Shown: positions 33,780 through 41,492 of the stretch, one piece after another
How positions within the stretch are numbered: the stretch's first letter is position 1
Layout of the letters: every line of letters begins with the position of its first letter
Assembly (NCBI GenBank): GCA_040401635.1
Contig: JBBAOD010000003.1
Location: 1-44,520 of the forward strand
From: Phycisphaerales bacterium
GTDB lineage: Bacteria; Planctomycetota; Phycisphaerae; Phycisphaerales; SM1A02
Reading direction: 5' to 3'
DNA: 44,520 nt
Notes under the pieces: generated by a model
Database searches by the model: none
Told to the model about the DNA's origin: nothing
Seen by the model: the letters and a program-made list of their open reading frames with translations, nothing else
Made by a program: the position numbers and the translations under genes

Positions 33780-36673
33780 ACGCAGCCAAGCAAGAAATGT
33801 TCGAAACGGTTCGCTCGGTTGTCGCTGGAAGGCTTCGGGACGAAGCGCAAATCCGCGAGCTCGCGCATCGAATCTCGGAAGAATCAACCACGTTGCGCCG
33901 CCGCCTGGATCGTGCGGTTGGTTACGCCCGCGCCGGTCTTCGATTGGAAGCATGCGCGGAGGCGGAAGCGGAGCCCTCGGTGTTTGAACTCGCCGCAGCG
34001 TTTGACTCCGATGTCATGCGGCAGTGGCGGACGCTTTGCTCCAAGAACAAGTTGCCGCTGCAAGATGAAATTGCCAGTGACGCCATCGCAGAGATTGAAG
34101 AGGCAATCGCGCTTACTGCGCCGCTTCGCAGCAGACTTGCCCGGATGCGGCGGCTGGTACTTTCTGATGCATCTGCATGGAATAAGCTTGAAATACTGCG
34201 CGAATTGGTGTCACGCGACAGCGACAATCCGGCATGGCAAGAAGATCGCGCCGCTCTTGAGCCAGTGACCGCGAATGAGCTTGGCGATCGATTTGAGGCC
34301 GCCTTGGAGAAGGGCGCTCTTGACGACGCAGAGCTTTCCGTCACGCGGCTTGAAGATGGGAACTGGCATTGGTCGGGCGCAGCAAAGGTAGCCGCGCAGT
34401 TACGTGCACGGCTTAATCGCGCACTTGCCACACGAACAGCACTCGAAGCGCGGGCTGTCATCGCACTGCTCGATGAAGAGTGGGCTGCGGAGAATGAGTC
34501 GGGGGCACAGGCGGCGCTGGAATCATGGCGCGACCTTGAGCAGCGCATGCTCTCGTACGGCAGCGAAATGCCGGGAGATCTGCTTACGCGCGTGGATGAA
34601 GCCGAGGCGTGGCTCTCTGCTCGCCAGTCAGATGCAGCGGCGCACCGCGAAAATATTGACCGGGTTGCGGCGCTGGAACGGCTCGTACATGATGACGCTG
34701 TGACACTTCCCGGATTGCGTAAGACGCTTCGATCTGCGGAGCAGACCGTGGCGGGAGTCCCGGATGATCTGCGCGCGAGCGCTGAGCGCAAGATTGATTC
34801 CTTCGAACGTGCAGCACGAATGAAACGCTTGGCCTTGATTGCGGCGGTGGTGTTGGTTCTAATTGCTGGATCAGTGGGCACCGTCTATGTCTTGCGCCAG
34901 TCGGAGGAACTGAAGCGGATCGATGACATCGCCGCTGCGATTACCAGCAATGTTGACGCCGGCCGGCTTGTGGAGGCAGATCAACAGCTTGCGGAGGCAG
35001 AGAAAGAGCCCGCCGTTGCTGGGTCGCCGACGATTGCCGCAGCACGATCAAAGCTCACAGTAGCTCGTGCCGCCATCGCAGAGAAGCATCAGAAGTTCAC
35101 AAGCCTGATGGCGGAGGCTGGCGCCCCAGATTCTGAATCCGCCAAGCCTGATCGCATTGAGGAAGCAAAGCAATTTGCTCAGGGTGAGGAAGAGCAAGCG
35201 ATGGTTGCTAGCTGGATTCGTACACACGGCAATGCAACGGGCACCCGCCGCACCGATCGCATGCGCGAGGGAATGGCCCGCGCCAAAGCCACAACACGAG
35301 AGATCACAGCGGCTCAGCCAACCGGTGACGCATCCTGGGATGGAACATTCACTGCGTGGGAAAGTGCACTTGCTGATGTTCAGCGCCAGTATGGCGAGTT
35401 TGACGAAGTGACTCAAGAAGTCCGTGCGGGTCGTGCGAGTTTGATGGCGCAGCGCACAAAGACAGACACTGCGCGAGTAGAAACTGGCCGTGTCGGCAAA
35501 CTCGGTGGCCTTGGAGGTGCCGCAACTTCGCCACAGAAACTTGTGGACGCGTTGGCGGCATACATCAACGCACACGATGATTCGGCAGAAGCCAAAGACT
35601 TTAAGGCAGCCAAGGTCGCGCTTCCGACGTGGGAGGCAGTGACTGCGTGGTCCGCGGTTCAGCCGCGCCCCTCCGTATTACTTGCAGATCGACCGCAGGC
35701 AGAACGCGATGCGGTCGCCGCAGCAATTGATACGTATGTTCACGAATATCCATCCAGTCCGTACGGGGCCGAGTGCGAAGCGCTCGCGCCACTACTTGTT
35801 GCGGCGCCCGGATGGCGTGCAGCCCTCACGGAAAAACTAGAAAGTATGGAGGAGTTGACCTACTGGATGATCGAACGCAAAGACGGCTCGCGCTGGTACT
35901 GCAAAGCTGACCCACGATCATCTCCATTGCAAACGCAGGACGGTGTGGCCTTTAAGAGCGTCATGGTCTATCAGGGCAAGTCCAAGAAGACGGCGTTCGA
36001 GCGATTTGAGCAATTGCAGTTGAAGACAGAGGGGCCATCGCCACAAACGGTGTTTGGCAAGCAGTTGGCTGAGCTTATTGCAGACGATGAAAAATCAGTA
36101 AACGACATCGATGGAGCGTTCGACGCAATGACGGCGTTGCGCGAGAATGAAACGATCGATGGAGCCTTAGCCGCGCAATTGATGCAGGGATTGCTCGAGT
36201 CAATGGCGCCGCAAATGCCCGCAGTGATCCGTCCGCAGATAGAGGCGGCAGTCAAGCGCATTGCCAAAGAGAAGCCAGATGCCATTGATTGGATCAATCC
36301 GCGCGACGCAGACGCCCGCACTCGAAGCCGAGCTGCCCGTGCGGCAATGCGTGAGGCTGTACAACCAGAACTGTGGCGTAAGGCGTACGTGTCAGCAATG
36401 GCATCGGCATGCGCTCCGCTTGCAGTGGTGTACGAGCCTGCCGGTGTCTTTGTGAAATCTGCTGGTAAAGACGTATTTCTCTCAAATAAAAGCACGGTGG
36501 CTCCGGCGAATACGACACTGTGGATCGCCGAGCCGCCGATCGGCAGCAACCTTGGCATGATGATCAAACTGGGAACAGTGAAGCAGGGCGGGGTGGTTGA
36601 GTTTGATTCAGCATCTACGACAGTGACGCCGGGCAACATGGTCTTCACCATCAAACGCGGGGGCAAACCGTGA
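33776..36673 (+). CDS. Bitopic protein with a long cytoplasmic alpha-helical/coiled-coil region, one TM and a ~570-aa periplasmic domain
   Basis: Start at MNAAKQ (ATGA overlap with the upstream stop at 33776-33779). TM LALIAAVVLVLIAGSVGTVYVL. GTGA overlap with the downstream gene. No family recognised. Confidence 0.75.
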   Translation: MNAAKQEMFETVRSVVAGRLRDEAQIRELAHRISEESTTLRRRLDRAVGYARAGLRLEACAEAEAEPSVFELAAAFDSDVMRQWRTLCSKNKLPLQDEIASDAIAEIEEAIALTAPLRSRLARMRRLVLSDASAWNKLEILRELVSRDSDNPAWQEDRAALEPVTANELGDRFEAALEKGALDDAELSVTRLEDGNWHWSGAAKVAAQLRARLNRALATRTALEARAVIALLDEEWAAENESGAQAALESWRDLEQRMLSYGSEMPGDLLTRVDEAEAWLSARQSDAAAHRENIDRVAALERLVHDDAVTLPGLRKTLRSAEQTVAGVPDDLRASAERKIDSFERAARMKRLALIAAVVLVLIAGSVGTVYVLRQSEELKRIDDIAAAITSNVDAGRLVEADQQLAEAEKEPAVAGSPTIAAARSKLTVARAAIAEKHQKFTSLMAEAGAPDSESAKPDRIEEAKQFAQGEEEQAMVASWIRTHGNATGTRRTDRMREGMARAKATTREITAAQPTGDASWDGTFTAWESALADVQRQYGEFDEVTQEVRAGRASLMAQRTKTDTARVETGRVGKLGGLGGAATSPQKLVDALAAYINAHDDSAEAKDFKAAKVALPTWEAVTAWSAVQPRPSVLLADRPQAERDAVAAAIDTYVHEYPSSPYGAECEALAPLLVAAPGWRAALTEKLESMEELTYWMIERKDGSRWYCKADPRSSPLQTQDGVAFKSVMVYQGKSKKTAFERFEQLQLKTEGPSPQTVFGKQLAELIADDEKSVNDIDGAFDAMTALRENETIDGALAAQLMQGLLESMAPQMPAVIRPQIEAAVKRIAKEKPDAIDWINPRDADARTRSRAARAAMREAVQPELWRKAYVSAMASACAPLAVVYEPAGVFVKSAGKDVFLSNKSTVAPANTTLWIAEPPIGSNLGMMIKLGTVKQGGVVEFDSASTTVTPGNMVFTIKRGGKP

Positions 36674-37815
36674 CAGACGATTCCGAGTTTGATGACTTTG
36701 ACGGCCTCGATGCGGGAGGGCCCTCCGGTGCTTCCAAGCCCGGCCACGATGACCACGGTCGCTCGGCTACGGGACCCTGGTTTGTCCGATTCGCTGGAAG
36801 GCGCACCGGACCATTCGATGTGGAACGCCTGCGCATTTTGGCACGGCGCGGCGCACTCTCTCGCGTCCACGCGCTGAGTGTCGATGGCAAAGTGTGGTCC
36901 GCAGCCACCACGGTGCGAGCAGTCTTCAATGCAGACGGGTCCGTCGTTGCGTCGGGCGTGCGCGCGGTGGAGCTCGAAGAAGACCGGCCGGATTTCGGCG
37001 ATGAACTTCCCGGCACGGCGCCGACGGAATTCCCCCAGTTCACCTCGCGACGATTCATGGGCAGCGCTTTCGTTCGCCCGGTGGTGATCTGCGCACTCAT
37101 TCTTGCGACCATCATGTTGGCCTTGCCGACGTCGCGCGACGACGCAGGCGAACTTGCATGGTGGTGGCACGAGGGTGCATTGGGTATCGCCGTCCGCGGC
37201 CTGTGTGCGTTCGCGGTTCTGGGTGGTTGGGTAGTGGCGTTCCTTCCACCAGAGCCTGCCCGCGCTGCTTCAGTGTCTGCAGTCGCAGCAGTCCTTGCCG
37301 CAGCAGGCGCGTTGGCGCTGGCCCCGTGGGCGCCTTGGGCGCTGGTGATTGCACTTCTTGTGCCAATCGCTGCGCTCCTGGTTGCGCTCGACGCTGCGGG
37401 TTCTCCCGGGATACGCCCGATGGGAATTGTTGCTGTTTCGACGGCAGTCCTGATGGGTGTGGCATGCATTACCCTCGGCGTCTTCTGGTATTCACCATGG
37501 ACGCTCGCAGGAATGATTCTTGGAACAGTTGGCGCTGGCGGACTCGGTTGGGCCGGCGTGTCTTCGATACGGCACAAGGGACCAAGTGCCAAAGGAGTCT
37601 TCTCGAGTGGAATCATCGCTGCCACCGGATCCATGGCGTGCATCTTTGCGGCAGCATTTGCTGGGTTAAACAGCACAACACCGATGGTGGGTGCGCAGGG
37701 CGCCGTTTCTGCGTGCCTGGTCCTTGCCTTCTCAGCGCTCTCTTGGGCAGCCGTGCACGAGGCGGTTGAGAGTTCACACCTCCTACGCGGAACAGAAATC
37801 AACGAAAGCGCCTGA
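36670..37815 (+). CDS. GYF_2-domain protein fused to a polytopic membrane domain
   Basis: GPWFVRFAGRRTGPFDVERLRILARRGALSRVHALSVDGKVWSAATTV matches the bacterial GYF_2 pattern. About 6-7 hydrophobic helices follow. Confidence 0.75.
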   Translation: MTDDSEFDDFDGLDAGGPSGASKPGHDDHGRSATGPWFVRFAGRRTGPFDVERLRILARRGALSRVHALSVDGKVWSAATTVRAVFNADGSVVASGVRAVELEEDRPDFGDELPGTAPTEFPQFTSRRFMGSAFVRPVVICALILATIMLALPTSRDDAGELAWWWHEGALGIAVRGLCAFAVLGGWVVAFLPPEPARAASVSAVAAVLAAAGALALAPWAPWALVIALLVPIAALLVALDAAGSPGIRPMGIVAVSTAVLMGVACITLGVFWYSPWTLAGMILGTVGAGGLGWAGVSSIRHKGPSAKGVFSSGIIAATGSMACIFAAAFAGLNSTTPMVGAQGAVSACLVLAFSALSWAAVHEAVESSHLLRGTEINESA

Positions 37816-37845
37816 TACTCTCGGCGACAGAACACGGAGCAACCC

Positions 37846-38715
37846 ATGGCACAGCCAACTCAACCCGCCACAACCGTTACCACGCAACCGAAGCTCGATG
37901 CACGCGCCGGCGACATTGAATGCATGATCGGATTCTCGTCCGGCCGCTACACGGTGGCATCCGCACCGCTGTGGCTTGGTGTGGCAGCAGTCATGACCAT
38001 TCTGGTCGCACTCATCTTGGTGATTGTTGCACCCAACAGTTACTTGTTACTCATGATGAATCGTTGTTGGACCAATTGGGCGGTGGTGTTCTTTTCGTGG
38101 TGGTGCCTCGGCATTCTCTTCGCAAAGTGGATCAAGACCAGTATTCAACTGCGTGCGCTCCGCGCCGTGGACATTGTGCCGCGCCGCGGCGATTTCATCC
38201 TGAGTCCTGGTACTTCCGGCGACGTCTTGCGCCGCATCAAGGCGGTCGCGGAGCGCCCCAAGGATTTCCTGCTCTTTCGTCGAATCGATATGGCGCTGTC
38301 CAACCTTGGCAATATTGGAGAAGTGCGTGATGTTGGCGCGGTTCTTGAAAGTCAAGCGGATTCCGACGGGTCAAGCGTGGACTCGAGTTACACAGTCATT
38401 CGCTCGCTCATCTGGACCATTCCGATCCTTGGCTTCATTGGCACCGTCGTTGGTCTATCGCAGGCGATCGGTTCATTCACCGACGTTCTGACGCAGACTG
38501 GTAGTGATGCAGGCAGCATCAAGAGCAAACTCGGACCAGTCGTTGGTGGATTGGCTACTGCCTTTGAGACAACGCTTGTTGCACTCGTCGCCGCCGTCAT
38601 CATCCAGCTTCTTTCCACTTGGGTGTACAAGCGCGAAGAGGCGTTGCTCGACGGCATTACTGACTTCACCACTGAAAATGTGCTTTCGCGCCTGAAACTC
38701 ACCGATTGGCAGTGA
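37846..38715 (+). CDS. MotA/TolQ/ExbB-family proton channel subunit
   Basis: Two N-terminal plus two C-terminal TMs. Signature IWTIPILGFIGTVVGLSQAI and LGPVVGGLATAFETTLVALVAAVIIQLL. GGAG SD 8 nt upstream. Confidence 0.9.
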   Translation: MAQPTQPATTVTTQPKLDARAGDIECMIGFSSGRYTVASAPLWLGVAAVMTILVALILVIVAPNSYLLLMMNRCWTNWAVVFFSWWCLGILFAKWIKTSIQLRALRAVDIVPRRGDFILSPGTSGDVLRRIKAVAERPKDFLLFRRIDMALSNLGNIGEVRDVGAVLESQADSDGSSVDSSYTVIRSLIWTIPILGFIGTVVGLSQAIGSFTDVLTQTGSDAGSIKSKLGPVVGGLATAFETTLVALVAAVIIQLLSTWVYKREEALLDGITDFTTENVLSRLKLTDWQ

Positions 38716-38718
38716 CCC

Positions 38719-39600
38719 ATGGGACGACGCAAGAAGCGCGAAGAGGCTCCGCTGAGCCTGTTTTCCTTCCAAGACATCATGGCTTGCCTCACCGGCATCC
38801 TGATTCTGGTGGCGCTGCTCATTGCTATGGATGGACTGACGGACGAGATGGAGGCAACGCCCGGCAAGAGTGGCGCGCCGAATCCAGAGGTCGCAGCAGC
38901 GCGCGTGCCGGTACTGCGCGAACAGATTGCAATCTTGCAGCGCTCGATCGACGACCGTAAAGGCGGCCGCGATGTAACGAAGGCCGAAGTGGATCTTCTT
39001 GATTACAGCATCAAAGACAAGGCGATGTTGGTAGAGCGAGCGCGTAAGCGCCTGGCGGATGCTGATGCAGAAATGAAGCGCATCACTGAGGAGCAAGCGG
39101 CGGCAACTCAGCAGATTGAAGAACTTCGGGAGCGTATTGCTACTGCGAAGCGCTCTGCAGAGGCGCAAGTGTTGCGTGAGCGCGTGAAGTTCCGTCCAGG
39201 AATGAAGTACACAAAGGCGCCGGTATTCGTCGAACCAATGGCGACCGGAGTAGTGCTTGGCGAACTGGATGCAACTCGCACGCCAGTGCGTATTGCAGAC
39301 CTCAAAGATCCGAACGCCGATGCGCGCATTGTTGGCGCGCTCGCTAAGCGACTTCCTGATACCTCGTACATCGTGTTCGTCGTGCATGAGGATGCCATTC
39401 CGCGCTTTGAAACACTTCGTAATGCCTTGATTCGCCGTGGCTATGAGGTGGGCTGGCAATTGTGGGACGGCGCCACTGGCGGATTCCTGGATGGCGCCTC
39501 CGAATCCACGGGCCCGGTGCCGTTGACGCTGCCAGCGGTCGCCGACAAGCCGAGCGAGGCTGTGAAGTCAGGCAAGTCTCCCGCCGGAGGTGCACCATGA
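38719..39600 (+). CDS. Elongated ExbD/TolR-like stator partner with coiled-coil insert (293 aa)
   Basis: N-terminus MGRRKKREEAPLSLFSFQDIMACLTGILILVALLIAM: basic tail plus a TM with the conserved Asp. ~100-aa coiled coil. ExbD-like C-domain TSYIVFVVHEDAIPRFETLRNALIRRGYEVGWQL. Starts 3 nt after the MotA-like stop. Confidence 0.75.
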   Translation: MGRRKKREEAPLSLFSFQDIMACLTGILILVALLIAMDGLTDEMEATPGKSGAPNPEVAAARVPVLREQIAILQRSIDDRKGGRDVTKAEVDLLDYSIKDKAMLVERARKRLADADAEMKRITEEQAAATQQIEELRERIATAKRSAEAQVLRERVKFRPGMKYTKAPVFVEPMATGVVLGELDATRTPVRIADLKDPNADARIVGALAKRLPDTSYIVFVVHEDAIPRFETLRNALIRRGYEVGWQLWDGATGGFLDGASESTGPVPLTLPAVADKPSEAVKSGKSPAGGAP

Positions 39601-40415
39601 GTGCAGGCGGTCGACGTCGTCGGCGGGGCGGCCGCAAGAGTTCATCCCTTGCGGGTGATCCCTTGGATTTGTTCTTGGATGCCATTACCAATGCGCTTGG
39701 CGTCGTTATGTTCATTCTGCTGATGGTGGTGCTCTTTGGCCGGGCGAGTGATTCACAGTCAGATGCCTCGGCTCCAAGTGCAGCAGAGGTTCGCGAAGCG
39801 CGTGACCTTGAAGACCAACGCCAGCAACTGCAAGCCAAACTCGACGCACTGCCGCCCGCAGGCGACCCCGAGTTGAACGCCCGCTGGAATGCAGCCAACA
39901 AAGCGTTTCAGAAGTTAGAAGATGAATTAGTCGAACTTCTGAGCGAAGCCCAGCGCCGCGAAGCGGACGCGTCTGCCGCCGCCGCCAAACTTGCAGAGTC
40001 GCGCAAGGTGCTTGAGCCACTCACCGCGGAGGCATCGAAGAAATCAGAAAGCGCCACTCCGCCGAGTGGTTTCGTCCGTGTCAGCCGCTTCCAGCAGGAT
40101 CAGCGAAAATCGGTCATCCTGCTTCTCTCGGCAGGCAAGCTTTCGCGATTCCGCGCCACTGCAGAAACCAAGGAAATCAGTGCTCCCGCGAGCGGATTTG
40201 CGGTGACCGATGCGGTCAGTGCCGCCGAGGGCGTTAGCCGGGCGCTCGATGGGTTCCAGCCCGCCACTTACCGCGTCGAATTGCTGGTTTGGGAGGGTTC
40301 GTTCGCGCCGGGCAAGATGGTTGAGCAGGCACTCCTTGACTTGGGGTTCGATTCGAATCCCCTCCCTGTTCGTGCGGGCACGTCTGTTCAGTCCGGAACC
40401 GGCGGCGTGCAGTAG
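39597..40415 (+). CDS. Second elongated ExbD/TolR-like protein with coiled coil (272 aa)
   Basis: Start at MSAGGRRRRRGGRK (ATGA overlap at 39597-39600). DPLDLFLDAITNALGVVMFILLMVVLFG is a TM with Asp. Coiled coil, then C-domain YRVELLVWEGSFAPGKMVEQALLDLGFD. Confidence 0.7.
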   Translation: MSAGGRRRRRGGRKSSSLAGDPLDLFLDAITNALGVVMFILLMVVLFGRASDSQSDASAPSAAEVREARDLEDQRQQLQAKLDALPPAGDPELNARWNAANKAFQKLEDELVELLSEAQRREADASAAAAKLAESRKVLEPLTAEASKKSESATPPSGFVRVSRFQQDQRKSVILLLSAGKLSRFRATAETKEISAPASGFAVTDAVSAAEGVSRALDGFQPATYRVELLVWEGSFAPGKMVEQALLDLGFDSNPLPVRAGTSVQSGTGGVQ

Positions 40416-40425
40416 CGTCTGCAGC

Positions 40426-41397
40426 ATGCGCCTGTGCTCCCTTCTGTACCTTCCCTTGCTCGTCATCATGGTTGGCTGCGGCAAGCCCATTGTGGTGCAC
40501 GCCGTCACGGAGTCATCGCTCGATCCCATTGCAGACGTGCGCGTCTACCGACATCGCTTCGGGTTCTTCAATTTCTTTCCGGGCACAAAGTTTGTTCAGA
40601 CTGGACCAGACGGCCGCGCAGAAGTCAGTGTTGGTTCTGCCAATACCAATCTCACCATGCTGCGCGCCGGATTTGAGCCAGTCATCTTTGGCGTCTTTGA
40701 AACGCCATCAGTTGCTATCGCGCCGGATGTTGGCGGCTATGACCATGTGGTGATGTTCAAGGACATCAAGTCTGCCCCGAAGAACGAATACCAAGTGAAA
40801 CTGCGCCCGGTGCGTCGGGAGCCGATGCAACTCACCGTGCTCGACTCCGCAACGAACGCGCCGATCAGTGGCGCGGAAGTCTTTGGCGCAACATTCCTGT
40901 ATCTGCCACAGCCGGGCCTGGAGGCCGACTGGGGATTCCCACCACTGCAAGTTGCAAAGACTGACGCTTCCGGCAAAGTCACCATCGACCAGATTTCCGG
41001 CTTTCGCAACAGCATCACTATTCGACTTGTTGGGTACCAGAACGCCGTCATTGCCTTTGATGGACGAACAATCACTGGCCCGCGCGCCGTTGATGTTCCG
41101 TTTCGCAAATTGCAGTCCAAACAGATTGACTTCCTGGTGATTGATGCCAAGACCAAGGCGCCGGTGCAGGGCGCGGAAGTACGGCTGGGCGAATCACGCG
41201 ATGGATTGCCGCCGAACCCGAATGGTTGGACGAAAGTCGTCGGGGCGGATGGGCGCACCGGGCCGATGCCGGTGGCAGACATGTCACCGTTTCTCATCAG
41301 CGTGACCAGTAGCAACTACCAAGAGTGGCGAGGGGCGCCAGTATGGCGGGCGCTGACTGCGGGGCAGACCAAGAAGCTGGAGTTGCAGCGGAAGTAA
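40426..41397 (+). CDS. Lipoprotein with about 3 carboxypeptidase-regulatory-like (Ig/beta-sandwich) repeats
   Basis: Lipobox MRLCSLLYLPLLVIMVG/CGK. Repeated IVVHAVTESSLDPIADVRVY, LTVLDSATNAPISGAEVFG and FLVIDAKTKAPVQGAEVRLGE. Starts 10 nt after the upstream stop. Confidence 0.7.
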   Translation: MRLCSLLYLPLLVIMVGCGKPIVVHAVTESSLDPIADVRVYRHRFGFFNFFPGTKFVQTGPDGRAEVSVGSANTNLTMLRAGFEPVIFGVFETPSVAIAPDVGGYDHVVMFKDIKSAPKNEYQVKLRPVRREPMQLTVLDSATNAPISGAEVFGATFLYLPQPGLEADWGFPPLQVAKTDASGKVTIDQISGFRNSITIRLVGYQNAVIAFDGRTITGPRAVDVPFRKLQSKQIDFLVIDAKTKAPVQGAEVRLGESRDGLPPNPNGWTKVVGADGRTGPMPVADMSPFLISVTSSNYQEWRGAPVWRALTAGQTKKLELQRK

Positions 41398-41492
41398 GCC
41401 GCGGGGGCCCCCTAGTGCCCTCCGTGTGCGGGGGACGTCTCAACGCACTTCAACCGCCCCCGAAAATAGGGACAGTGGTGAACGGCACCTAT

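Noticed and set aside
35971-37847. Two ~400-aa minus-strand ORFs (35971-37170 and 36651-37847) opposite the coiled-coil and GYF genes.
   Set aside because: They have no recognisable motifs and a compositionally biased sequence. The plus-strand genes have a GYF signature, coherent TM topology and translational coupling, so the minus ORFs are GC artefacts.
37846-40415. Possibility that the MotA/ExbB plus two single-TM partners are a Zorya anti-phage system or a flagellar stator.
   Set aside because: The MotA-like protein is only 289 aa and lacks the long ZorA tail. No ZorC/D/E-like genes are present, and neither partner has an OmpA-like peptidoglycan-binding domain. No flagellar genes are nearby. 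A defence role for the whole cluster still cannot be excluded.
37846-40415. Possibility that this is an ordinary exbB-exbD1-exbD2 TonB energising set.
   Set aside because: Both ExbD-like proteins are about twice the canonical length, with coiled-coil inserts. No tonB or TonB-dependent receptor gene is present in the cluster, and the genes are translationally coupled to the GTPase, GYF and bitopic genes. This is not fully excluded without HMM scores.
41398-41492. Possible bidirectional terminator between the convergent lipoprotein and asd genes (the gggggccccc palindrome and ccctccgtgtgcggggg).
   Set aside because: The stems are short or imperfect and lack flanking U-tracts, so I cannot support a call.
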